DNA of 64,000 bases from Rhizodiscina lignyota. Its lineage: Eukaryota. The translations under genes and the position numbers were made by a program. Shown here one piece after another: positions 44,508 to 57,317 of this stretch (its first letter is position 1; every line of letters starts with the position of its first letter). The DNA lies in assembly GCA_010015805.1 (NCBI GenBank), contig ML978127.1:124001-188000 (forward strand), read 5' to 3'. Below the pieces are notes generated by a model. That model did no database searches, was not told the origin of the DNA, and saw nothing but the letters and a program-made list of their open reading frames with translations.

Positions 44508-45637
44508 CTACTCAAACTGCTTTACAACGTATCCAACACGAGGGAAATGCATCCTGATGCCGCTCTCGAGCTCGATTACGACCTCTATCCGACTCAGGCC
44601 CTCGAGACGCCCAACCTGGAGATTTTCACCAGTGAAGTCATCTTTGCTCTCTACTGAGACCAGTGCGCCTTTATACAGCTGCAGCGGGTCATTATCATCG
44701 AAGCCGTAGTCCGCTGAGATGCACTCTGCGCAAGTAATCGCTGCAATTGCTTCTTCTCCAGAGACTACATTCGAAGTAGGCTTTGGTTCAGGAAATTTGT
44801 CCAACCTTTTGCGATGTCAGCATCATTTCGTTACCACGGAGTTCTTCTCTGTTAGACTCACCATGCGCTTATCCTGGGATAATCCGTCTTCCGGAATCCA
44901 GGCGCTCTCACATGATCGAGATATTCGATTGGCCATCGCGCTGCCCACTCAACATGAGCATCTGCCATGGAGAGCTTGTCACCGCCAATGAATGGTTGAT
45001 CATCGGGCAGGAAATCCTTTTCGAGGACGTCAAGCGCAGCTTTGCACTCCGCAATAGTGCTGGGTGTGAGGGCTTGATAGTCCTTACGCCCCAACATCGC
45101 TATGGTGCTCACTTGTCAGCCCTGTCTCTGGAGACACCTTCGCCCAAAATTGCCATTGGCTTTGGTCTACTAATCTTCGCAACCAAGTGGAATAACGTAC
45201 GGAATAGTTTTTTCCGATCGTCCTGAATATCCTTCGGAAATGTTCCGATTGGAGTCAGCGGCACTGCTCCTTGGGACGTCAGCATGCCCCACGCCTTGTA
45301 CGCTTCGTCCGCCCGGCTCGTCGGCAACGCATGTTCCGGATATGAAGCCTGCAGAGCGTCCAAGATGTGCGCGCTGTCGCAGTACACATCTTTGCCGATC
45401 GCGAGAATGGGCACTCGACGGTGGGTTATCCCGACTGAGATGAGGACTTCGCGGGGGATGGATATGGGTAGCTCCACACGAGTATAAGGGATCGACGTCG
45501 CGGCGAGGTATGAGCGGATTTTGGAGGCTGTTTTGGATACGACTGGGAGCTGTTAGTGCTGTCTACTTATGGGCTTTGAATGGGTAGAAACCGTAGTCGA
45601 AGAGGACCACCGGTGGATTGGGAGCGGAGCCGTTCAT
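44508..45637 (-). CDS. Glutathione S-transferase-like protein (multi-exon)
   Basis: HRRVPILAIGKDVYCDSAHILDALQ (GST N-domain), FIGGDKLSMADAH (N-capping region) and C-terminal RMHFPRVGY. Three introns reconcile the ORF fragments. Confidence 0.82.
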
Positions 45638-46446
45638 GTCGACAAAAGTGATAGAGCAACGGACTGGTCTGAGAAGTATATAATTGCTTAGCAGACGAGT
45701 TGGAATAAATAGACAGAGATACGACACAGAAAAGAACTTGAGAGACGTAGATATAAGCTTCACGCTGCAGGAACGGATTAGAATATCAAAACCCACGCAT
45801 CAGCGCTGCCCAACGGCTTTTGGTTACGCTGACAATGCTGATGTATACTTAAGTACATATCCTTCTTACGACTAGAATTGTATGGGTTCATTGGATCCTC
45901 ATCAATGCATCGCCAGTTCCTTTGGAACTGAGGGGGAAATGATGGGGCTGGAACGCAGCCAGGTTTGTATCTTCGATTAGGAATCGGTACAAAATTGGGA
46001 GGCAATTGTTTAGAGGAGCATCTGGCAGATGAAAACCGGGAGTAAATCGCAGTGCTTAATGTACACGGAGCTGGGGAAAAAAGCGATGCTTTAAGACTCG
46101 GGAGTGGAACTATGTAGCGCTGAAACCCCAATGTGGGAGGTGTGATGCGCACGACATAAAACGATCAAATGGTATTGCCGCATTGGGTGGGGGTCGGAGC
46201 AATACTCCTCCTTGAATCCCAAAATTGGCTAGGGATTTGTTGCAATGGCGAATGGCTCCTTGGGTGGAGAGTAGAAGTGAGCAGTGGAACGGTTGCGGAA
46301 GAGCCGGTTCAACGCTGACCACCCGGAGTAATATTAGCTTATACCTATATAGTTGTTCACAGTATTTTCTCTCGCCCAGAAGTAGAGTTCCTCCTATTCT
46401 ATATATTATTACACGAATTCACTCTTCAGACGCATCATTACAACAA

Positions 46447-49400
46447 TCATGCATTTTCTCCGTCATCCCTTTCCTTTTCCTTGCGCCTTCTTTCCCTCAG
46501 ATCCTTCCGTCCTTGCGGACTGATAATGTTTTTGAGCCGTCGGCCACCAGAAAGATAAATCCAAGAGCCAATGAATACAATGGCGAAGTTGAACAGCACG
46601 AATGCCCAGAAGATGCCATAGTCGCGCCAGACGTACTTGTTGAAGATGTTGAAGCTCGCGGCCTGCGTGGGACGCCGTTAGTGCAGGTCGTAGAAGATGG
46701 CATAGGGCAACTTACGAATTCATCACCGTTGGCGTACTGGCATATGCCGCACTGTCCATTCGGCTGCGTCTCCACATACCCTCCTGCCTGCCTTATATAA
46801 GGGCCGGCATACGACTGACAGCTTTGCCCTGGTGGCGGCGAAAAGATGGCCAGTTCGCTGGTGTCGCAATGCACAGGAATGTTGTGAGTGATAAGACCCA
46901 ACATACCCTCCAGCAAGTACTTGAATGGACTGGCCCAGTACATCCAGTCCCGCCAGAACGCCACCAGCCCGGCGTATGGGACGACAACGCCACAGAACGA
47001 AACCACGAAGAGGAAGAACATAGGAATGAGCAGTGAGGCGAGGAGGTCGTTGGGTGCGAACGCGGCAATGGCCTGTGCGAATCCAAGATAGTAGAATTCG
47101 AATAAAATGACGAACGCCCACACTGACACGGAGGTGTATGTGTCACGAGGAAACCATGTGCCCCAGTACCAGCAGCACCAGTAGAGCGTGCCTGCGACGA
47201 TGCGGTACGGGATCTCGCTGATGACCGCGGCAGTGGTGAAGGCCAGCCAATTGTAGATCTTGGAGTTCTGCTCGCGGCTCGAGAAGATGTTACGAGCGTC
47301 GAGGAAGCGGGGCTGCAGCTGCTGCATGAGTGGAGGAGAGATTGTGAGCGTCATAAAGACGCTGAAGAGGCGCGACTGCATGTCAATCTGACTATTCCCA
47401 AGGTGCCAAAAGGTGAAGGTGTTGAACAAGCCCGTGAAAATATGCAACATGAATTGGCCAACGACGTATTCGGGGTTCCGCCAGTATGCTGTGAACGAAC
47501 GATACACGACGGTTCCGATTTGTGTGGATACAGGCATTGCATACTCGCGGTCATCAGAGGTCTGGCTGATGGTGGAGGCGTGTCGGCGCGACGAGATGAT
47601 ATGTTGGATCTCCTCCGACACTGTTTGCTTCTCTTGGGATGCATCCCAGACATCTCCCCAATCCTGGCCTTTGTAGTCAGGATTGCCAGCTCCAATGGCT
47701 TCCAGCATGTACTCTGCGGGGTTAGCCTTCGGAGGACACTTCTTCGCGCCGTTGCGTTCAAGGTAATCGAGAAGCGTCCTGCTGTCATGACCCACTTCGC
47801 CGAAATAGACTGTACGTCCCCCCGATTTCAGCAGAAGCAGTGTGTCAAAGTTCTCGAAAAGTACACTCGAAGGCTGATGGATCGTGCACAAGATCGCTTG
47901 ACCGGCGTCGGCAAGCTTCCTAAGAAACCTTACGATATTAAAAGCCGCGCCGCTGTCGAGTCCCGATGTCGGCTCGTCCAAGAACATTAGCAAGTCTGGT
48001 TTGCTCGCGAGCTCGACGCCAATTGTTAGACGTTTCCTTTGCTCCTGATTCAAACCTGAGCCAGTCTTGCCAATAGCAGCCCCAGCTGTCGCAAATCAGT
48101 TAAAACACGATGTAAGCGATTCTTCATGCTTACCGATGTCCCTCATTTCCAACAGATCAATGATCTTCTCACAGTAATCATATTTCTCTTGCAGCGGGAC
48201 CTCTTTTGGTTGCCTCAACTTTGCAGAGAAACGCAGTGCCTCTGTAACTGTTGCCGTAGGTTCGTGTATATCCTGACCACATTAGCAAAAGCCCGAGCTC
48301 AGTCAGGCTTAGACTTACTAGTTGTTCAGCGAAGCCAGTCATGCGTTCTAGCTTATAGTTAGCGGTCCGCAAAGAAACAGCTGCCTATATGGGTTGCAAC
48401 TTACGAAATGATTTCGGAAGTGGCCGCCCGTCGACGAGGAAATCCCCGCTCACTACACCAAACCGAATTCGCTGTGCCAACGTATTCAATAACGTTGTTT
48501 TGCCTGCTCCAGATGCACCCATCAATGCCGTTAGCTTGCCTGGCTTAACGAATCCATGAACATCGCGCAGCAACTGCCTCTCGCCGCCCTCGTACGGAAT
48601 GGTGTAATTGACGTTCTGCCAGGTGAAGACAGTCTCATTCTTTGCGACCCCCTTTGTAGCATCCGCGTCAGAATCTGAAGAATCAGCCGTTTCCTTTGCT
48701 TCTGCGGCGGCAGCTCCTCCGGGGTATGCTTTGCCAGCCTCCTCATCGCCGGGCACAGTACCGCTTTCCATGGCCTTCTCAATTGACTTGGGTGCCTGTC
48801 CACGCCTGTAGATAGTCACGGCACCCCCGCCCTTGTTCGGTTTCTGTATCTCCATTCCTACAGCCGTCAGGAACACGAAAAAGAAGAAGAAGGCACAAAT
48901 GAACCCGAAATTCCGCCACAGGTGGCTACGTGAGTATTTGTATGCCACCTGGATGTAATCAGCTCCGTTGACGGTCAGGCTTCCAGGAGTGCTGCCCTGC
49001 AAAGTACAAGACTGGTACTGTGGCTGAACATTGGGCCCTTGTGGAACAGCATTTGGCGGACCGCATGCGATCTCCAAGTTGTAAAACTCGTTTGACATGA
49101 GAGCTTCGAAGCCATACTGCACGGGATTTATCCAACGAAGCCAACTGAACCACGGGTGCATCTTCTTCGGAGGGATCAAATAACCAGTATACACGACTAG
49201 TGCTTGTATTGCAACACCAGTGATGCGCGTGGCAGCGTCCAGAGAGCCAGCGAGCGCACCAATTGCGCGGAAGAATGCATACATCGTCATTGTGAGGATG
49301 AACAGGAAGAGCAAGCTGATAAAAAACTGGCTCGCAGTGCGCTGCAGGTTTGCCATGAAATAGACCACAACGTCGAAGATTATTACTTGGATGAAGACCA

Positions 49401-51507
49401 AAGGCACGTCGACAACAGTTTGAGCGATCGCAAATGCCGAGGGCCGGTAGAATGAGAACGACTTGTGCTTTAGGAGGATTGGACGTGATTCGAACGCCGC
49501 AGTAAGCTCGGCGAGTGCCAGCAGTGCGTTGAAGAGCAGCGCGAAGAATATTACACCGCCGCGCGGAAATACCCCTGCAGATGTTTTAGGAAGATCATAA
49601 AAGAGAGATCCGACGATGAGAGCTTGGAAGAGGATTCCACCCCATTTCCCGATCAAACTTTGGCGGTCGCCTATCATAACGAGGAACTGACGTTTCGTAC
49701 AGGCCATCACTTGCTGCTGGAATGAAATGGTATAATTCTTCTTCTTCGTTGCCTTGGATTGCGCAGACAGTCGCTCCTGGACCAGACGTTCGATGTCCTG
49801 CTCGAATTCTTCGATCTCCCCGAGGTTTTGCTTGTACCTGTCACTATTGCGGAATGCTTCGGCGAACTGTTCAGGTGATCGAGGAATGCGGTTCTCCCAT
49901 CCCTCTTTGATATGGCGCTCGTGCTCATCAGTGACCGAAGTGAGGAAGTCTGCCGTCGTCCAGCGTCCAGGCTTCTCGAAACCAAGGCCTTTGAAGTATG
50001 CAGATGCTTGATCTGCTGGTCCGAAATAGCAACATTTGCCCTCGTCGATGAGGAGAACCTTGTCGAATAACTGATACAAGCTTTCGCCGGCCTGATATAA
50101 TGCAACGCTTGTACTGACGTGGGCCATGTTGGTGAGACTGCGGAGACTCTGAACGTACTCCAACGCTGTGCTAGCATCCAGTCCACGAGTGGAATTATCC
50201 CAGCACTGAGTCGACGCTTTCGTTATCATAGCTTCAGCGATACTAACACGCTTTCTCTCGCCACCAGAAACACCTCTGATGAATTCGTTGCCAACTTTGG
50301 TGTCAAGAGTATGCTCAATCCAAAATAGCTTCGTTGCGACGCGGAGGAATTCGTTGACGTAGTCGTTCCGGGATTCACCTTCGTTCCTTGAATCTTTGCC
50401 AGGTGTCCTTGTTCTAATTGCGAACTTGAGAGTACTCTTCACCTTCAGCGTAGCGTAATGGAGGTCGTCTTCCGGGTTGTACAGAACTTCGCCGCGATAC
50501 TTCTTGCCCATGGTCTTCGCATCCGTGCCTCCATATGTGACTTCTCCATCCACGCTTTCGTAGCCGAATCGCTGATTGCCAACGACCTTAAGGAAGGTGC
50601 TACAACCAGCGCCAGGGCGTCCCAGCACCAGCAGCATCTCCCCGGGTTTGATACAGCCAGAGAAGTCATCGATTATGGTGCGCACTGGAGGCTTGCCCGC
50701 TGCTTTACTTGGTCCCAAGGTGAGCAAGTTCTTGATGAATCGTGGTAGTCCAAGGAAGATGTCGCCGGCAGTAGGTTGTATAGCGGCACCGAGTCCCATT
50801 CCTCTAACAGTGAGATTCTTGAATATGACGCCAACATGTCTAGTCTTCTCTTCTTCTGAGTTCGCCTGTCTAGTTCGTCCAAACATGCGAGACATGAGTC
50901 TATTGATTTCCTCTTGTTCCTCCAAGGCCTCAGGATCTTCCGTCGTCTTTCGACTTAGATCGCTAGACAGATTGCTCCGCTTCCGTGACAGAGTACGGAA
51001 GATATCATCTTCTGTCATTTGGCGCTTGCTGGGAGTCTGCTTCAACGTCGGACGCTGCCACTTCTCGTTCGTTGAGGCGCTTGTGATGGGAGCATAGCCA
51101 GACACGTCTTTTCCGTAATCATCATGTTCAGTGATGTCGATAGCCTCGCCAGTGGCGGTCTGAGGACTATGGAAATGTTTTTCTAAGTCGACCTTCCGGG
51201 AGTCAGCAGGAGAAGGGATGGTTGTGCTTTCGGTCGCATAGGATACCGGGCGGTCTTCATAGGCCACAGAAGCAGTAGCAGCAGCAGCAGTATCGTTAGA
51301 CAATCCATCATTTGAGCGGCTATTCGTGCCTGATCCCAGCCCAAGGTACGATTGCCGAGGCCTACTTGCGACTGATGTAGCTGCTTCGGATGATGGTGTG
51401 TTCAAGGCATTGTATGATTGTTGTCGAGTGCTAGGTGCAGATGCGTGTGGCCATCCGCCTGGGACGTCCTCCATCTGCGGCGTTGGCTTTTCAGGGTCTT
51501 GCGACAT
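46447..51507 (-). CDS. Full-size PDR/ABCG ABC transporter (AtrF-like), 5 exons
   Basis: NBD1 GRPGAGCST / [13 protein letters not shown] / [10 protein letters not shown] and NBD2 GASGAGKTT / [15 protein letters not shown] / [10 protein letters not shown]. Two TMDs. Last exon ends RDDGENA* at 46447. Confidence 0.96.
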
Positions 51508-52259
51508 AATGGCGATGCCTCTCCTGTGAAGACTCGAGTGGGAGTTGTTATAAGTTTACTGCAAAATCGCACAGCCAGCACCTTCTCAGCCGAGTATTAG
51601 TATTAGGATCTGCTATGAGCCGAGCTGAATGTACGAATCTATATAAGATCATGTAGCACAGCAAGAACAGGTTGAGTCACTGGAGTACGCCTTGCCATCG
51701 AGTGCGTACCCGCAGTCATACAATCATCTCGTTCATGCCAAGATCAAAGCTGGATGCAAGAGGCCGCGGCATGAAAATATTAGAAAAGGGCACATACCAA
51801 ATTTATGCACGACGGTAGTGCTGAAAACAATTCTTCATTCCATAACCCGCGTGGTGTGATCTTTCCGCCACAACGTCACTACAGAGCACATGCTTCCACC
51901 CGCGCCCTTTTGATATAAAGTTCGATCCATCTTCGACGCGCAAGGATCCGTAACTTACCGCTCCGCCGTTTCTTCGCCGTGTCTTCGACATGAACAATCG
52001 TTGTCGTCATGATCCTGCTGCCAAGGGGAACCAATTGGAGGTGCCGTAGCGACCGGAACCGGTTTCGATTCCGCTCCCAGATGTGTTCGTTTTCCCGAGA
52101 GCCTCGATTGGCCTGCTAGACCACCTCTGGCCGAATAGATACTAGAATTACGAACTTGTCTCCACATTCGCAAGGTTGACTGCCATACATGCAGCGAGCC
52201 CTGCTTTGTAAAAACCCTAAAGACCGACCGTCCGCGCAAAAGGCGACCTCATGCGTAGC

Positions 52260-52277
52260 CGGATGCGAGATCGCCCG
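52260..52277. promoter_or_regulatory. CGG-N12-CCG inverted triplet (Zn2Cys6-type site) in the ABC/P450 divergent promoter
   Basis: CGG ATGCGAGATCGC CCG. Confidence 0.4.
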
Positions 52278-52893
52278 GCATCCCGATAAACGTTCCCCAT
52301 AATTTAGGGAACTTCCGTGGTACAGAACAGATCGGTTGATTGATAAAACGGGGCCTCGGGATGATATGTGAAAAGAATCTCCGAGAGGTCCATCAAACAG
52401 ATGCAAGATCAGAGACCAAAGGAAATCGCAAACGCGAAGGACACTTATCCTTACCGGAAGCATGGGAAAGATGCATACCGAGATTGGCACGTGAGTTCGG
52501 ATGGTAAGGATACTGACTCCCGTACTGGGCGTCTCTATCTAACATCTCCGAGCACCCATAAACCTTCAACATCCTCATGATGGAAACTTGAAGACCTCTC
52601 CCCAGCCGGGCCCGCAAGGTCGGTAAATGGGATTTAAGTACTGTATAAGCATAGCCTATTTCTCCGAAAAGGTGCCGTGCCAAGGCAGTTCAGTGAGCCG
52701 TCGTCACTGATTATGGCCCCCAATTCAACCTTTACCCTAGAACGCGTACCGAACGCGAAGAATAAGCAATACGACTATCTCCTAACTCTGCATCACTACT
52801 CTAATTTGACATCTCGTCTGTTCTCTCGAGACGAAGTTGCTTCTCTATGCCGTCTTCAGTATCATATCTCGTCAATTGATTACTCCGAGCATC

Positions 52894-54710
52894 ATGAGCG
52901 CAATTGCTGTCTGCGCGTCAGTCGCACTGGTATATCTTATATACCACACCCTCAAAATCTTTCGACAGTATCAGAAAGCCAGAGCAACTGGCTTCAAAGT
53001 CTATGTTTCCATTCTCGATACCACCAATCCAATATTCACCGTCTTCGCGCTTCCATTACTGCCAATTCTATCTCGGATCCTGCCAGCGTCTGCATTCAGA
53101 GTAATAGACCTCACGACTTATGGCGTCGAATGGCGGGACAAAGTCGTGCGCCGCTCCCGCCCCACGCCAGGTTACATGGTTGCCTCTTCGAGCAGCGAGC
53201 TAGATCTTTTTGTCGAAGATCCAGAAATTGCGGGCGCCATATTGACGCGCTGGAGAGACTTTCAGCAAGATCGGATGACGTTTAAATTCCTTGGTGTCGT
53301 CGGTCCCAATCTGGCTGCTTCCGACGGGAAGGATTGGCAGCGACAGAGGCGGCTTATTGCGCCGATGCTGAACGAGCGTATTATGGAGACTGTCTGGGGT
53401 GAAAGCGTGGAGCAGGCGAATGAGATGCTAGAGACGTTCATAGGGAAAGACGAGGGAAAGACCGATGGAACCGTAGATGGTCTGAGACGGATCGCATTCA
53501 ATGTGTTGCAATGCATCGGGTATGGCATGCCCCAAGGGTGGAATGAGCCTGCCAAAGCTCCGCAGAAAGGCCATAAAATGGTGTATATGGAAGCCTTACA
53601 TGAGCTCATCGAAGGACTAATAATAGTGGCTATGGTACCTGCAAAGGTTCTTGCGCACAGTTGGATGCCGGCTGTGTTAAGACGCAAAGGTGAAGCCATT
53701 TATGAGTTTCACAACTACACGAAGGAGCTCCTTCAAAAGGAGAGAGAAATCTCTGCCAATTCAGGGACTCCGAGGAACAACATGCTTAGTTTGCTATCGA
53801 GCATCTCGGAACAGAACTCGGACTCGAAGGAGAGAGATTCCGCACAAAAGAATACATTGTCAGACGAAGAAATTCGAGGCAACCTTTACCAGTTCACCCT
53901 AGCGGGATACGATACGACCGCCAATACCATGGCTTATGCATTTGTAACGCTTGCTACCCTGCCAAAGTGGCAAGATTGGATAATTGAAGAGGTTGATCGA
54001 GTTTCGGCGACGTCCCCGGACTCCTCGTACCGCGAGATATTTCCCAAGCTTGAACGTTGCCTTGCCCTGATGGTACGTTGCATGCCGAGTTTCTGGACAT
54101 AACTTACAGGCTCGTAATACTGATATGATTTAAACAGCACGAAATCCTCCGCATCTACACGCCAGTCGCGCACATAGTCCGCGGCTGCGAGTCGGAGCAA
54201 TCCATCACCGCCGGAGGCAAGACGTACCGCATCCCAGCAAAGACTCGCTGCATCCTCAGCCTCGACGGACTCGGAACGCAAGCAGGATATTGGGGTGACA
54301 ATACTTTCGAATTTGATCCAACGAGATGGCTCATCAAGGACAAACCGAATGGTGAAGCAAACGGATCTGCTTCGACCGCCGAGAAACCGCAGGACCAACC
54401 GGCGGAGGCTCCAAAGAGCATGACAGGCATCGCCGTCCCACCGGCTCTTCGCCAACCAACGAAGGGAGCATTCATACCCTGGTCCGGTGGCCCACGTATT
54501 TGTCCGGGCATGAAAATGGCACAGGTGGAATTCACGTCTGTAGTCTACAGCGTCTTCAGTAAGTACCGGGTAGAGCCTGTGCTGAAGGAGGGAGAGAGTG
54601 AGGGAGATGCAAGGAAAAGGCTGGCGGCGGTCATGGATGATTCGCAGCCCAAGTTGACGTTGCAAATGAATCGACCGAGGGATGCTGTGCTGAAGTGGAC
54701 AAAGCGATGA
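52894..54710 (+). CDS. Cytochrome P450 monooxygenase (2 exons)
   Basis: N-terminal anchor, AGYDTTA (I-helix), HEILR (ExxR) after intron 54073-54137, FDPTRW, and heme motif WSGGPRICPG. Confidence 0.95.
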
Positions 54711-55336
54711 ATCTAGCCTTTGGTTCTTTATGCTAGAGTCTTTCTACCGCAGTGGCTCGTGGCTTGCGTAAATTTATTGGACATTTCGATCGGCATGTAA
54801 ATCGCAGCGGATTATTCAAGAGATGCTTATGTATATATTAGCAGTTTTTTCTAACTGAATTGGACTATTCATGAATGTGAATCTAACCTGGGCTGCGGAT
54901 ATGACAGGAAAGGCGCACACTATACTGAAATGGGCTATTCTCGGAAGGACTGAATCTTCCGCAATGAGCTTCTTCCAGGTCTTTTACGGAGGTTCACATC
55001 TTCAATGAAGGTCATTTTCAAGGTAGGGCGCAGTGCTTGAGATGTGTTGTATTCATCGAGAGAGTTTGATCAATCTAGGAGAGTCGAAACCTGAGGGATA
55101 CGCTGCAAGGTATGCCACAATGCAGCTATCCAAATCAAAATCATGTATTGCAGACTTACTGTCTGCCGTTCATACGCCGTTCAGACAGGGAGCCGAACGC
55201 CGTCGTTCCCAATGCCATGCCAACATGTTGTGCCCGATCGATCAAGTAGAAAACAAAAGAAAGTAGTCCCGGTGCCTTGTACTGGTGCATCGCCGTTTTA
55301 CCAGTCTTTTCATCCCTCATGTCTCGTCGTCAGTGC

Positions 55337-56426
55337 TCAATGAAATCCATTCACTCCGTACTTGCCACTATCTTCGAAGTAGGGGTGCAGGAGTGCTTGC
55401 TTCGCCGAGATACGTCCTGCTGGATCATACACGAGCATGCCCTCGAGCAAGTCCAAGCCGTCATTGTCCAAGCCTGTCACGAGGTCGGCGAGGTCTTGAC
55501 GCTGCCACTTCGGGAATGAAGACTTGAAATCCGGGAAGGAAGTCACACCAGGCCAGTCCATCTCGGTAGGAGTACCCAGCACACGGAAGATCTTGAAGAT
55601 CTCATCGATCTCAGAGTCACCGGGGAAGAGAGGCTTGCGGGTGCACATCTCGGCGAAGATGCAGCCGACGGACCACATGTCGACGCCAGTAGAGTACTGA
55701 CGGCCACCCAGGAGGATTTCGGGAGAGCGGTACCAGAGCGTGACAACCTAGCTTCTCGTCAGGTACAGTCACAGTCATGGATTGGTGTGTGCAAGCCTAC
55801 CTCGTGAGTGTAGGTCCTCAAGGGCACTCCAAATGCCCTAGCCAGTCCGAAGTCTGCCAACTTCAAGTTGCCCTCCTTGTCGATAAGAAGATTCTGGGGC
55901 TTCAAGTCTCGATGCAAGACTCTGTGAGCATGGCAGTACCTAACACCCGCGACCAGCTGGCTCATGAACCTCTTCACAATGTTCTCGCCCAAGCCCAGAG
56001 TCTGGAGCATGGGAACCGTGCCCTCTGGCAGGGGTTTACCTCGACCACCTTGAGACACCGGCAACGCCTCCATGTACTTCTTCAGATCGAGATCGAGATA
56101 CTCCATCACGAGGTACAGCTTGTGTCCGTCTGCGTGCACGATGTTAAGGAGGCGGACAATGTTGACATCATTCATCTCTTTGAGGAGCGAGATCTCGCGG
56201 ATCGCAGTCGACGGAACACCTTCATCTTCGGCTTCGAGGCGAATCTTCTTGAGAGCCACGATGTGGTTTGTCTTGAGGTCGCGAGCCTTGTAGACAACGC
56301 CGTACGTGCCTGCAGGGGGAAGTTGGCTTCTGGTCAGTCGGACTGAAGCGCTCGCCAAATCTGAGGCAGTAATTGAGCGCGAATCTCACCTTCGCCAATT
56401 TTCTCCAACTTCTGATAGTTCTCCAT
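55337..56426 (-). CDS. CDC28: Cyclin-dependent kinase 1 (Cdc2/Cdc28/NimX) (3 exons)
   Basis: [54 protein letters not shown] and GDSEIDEIF motifs. Confidence 0.97.
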
Positions 56427-56652
56427 GGTTGAGGTTGTCGTAGTTACAGAGGAACGCTTTCGTAAATGTGCAGTTGAGGCGAGGCGCTCAGAGGAACGAC
56501 GTGCTGCAACGGGATTGACGTGCGAATAGCAGGGTTTAGCTTGACACAAGCGGCAAGGCGCTCATGGCAGGCTTATTGAGTTTAATGTTGCTATGGCGTG
56601 GAGGAGTTGCGGTGATGGAGCTGATGCAATGTTTTCGAGGTGCTTGAGGTGC

Positions 56653-56698
56653 GTAAACAGCCCACGGCCAATGGGCGACGCGCTAACGAGAGCGCGAA
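56653..56698. promoter_or_regulatory. Cell-cycle-type promoter motifs upstream of CDK1: forkhead GTAAACA (56653), CCAAT (56668), MCB/SCB-like ACGCG (56678) and CGCGAA (56693)
   Basis: Motifs cluster 230-270 bp upstream of the ATG. Function is inferred only. Confidence 0.35.
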
Positions 56699-57317
56699 TC
56701 CCGGTTCCTTGGCGCGCTCAAACAGAGATCATCGGAGATTAGGACGCAGGAACGAAAAGGTGTCAACCTTTGATTTTTAACTTGAGTCTTTCACGCCGGT
56801 ACATAACTTGAAATAGAACGTGCCATCGCCGGCGTGCAGTGTCTTGCTCTGCTGGCGATATCTTCAAAACTTCACTCAAGGACGAAACGATCCTCGGTGC
56901 AGGCTTCACCGTTCAGCTTACTCTCCAACTGCGCAAAAAGACATTTTCACGAATACATCATAGTGTGCACATGCATTGGCAGATGACGAATATTTATGGA
57001 TTGAGTGAGAAAGGAAGTTGCGCTAGGCTCTAGCTAACACACTCCCACATGTATCAATAGCAAGTTAAGGCGCGTATGACTGATCCAATCCACTATTCCT
57101 TCTAGAGTAGCTCTCTCACAAGCATCACATTCCAGATTCCTCTATCGCCCATCGCATTTCAATTGTTCATTTCTTCTCCACTCACAACGTTTTGATCGCA
57201 AGTCCTGTATTCAGCAGCGGTTCCAAAGGTCGAAGGTCCAGTGGCGCTTCCCATCTGATATGTATCCATCGCAAAGACGGCGTATAGAATGTAAAGACGG
57301 AGGCCAATGCGCTGAAA

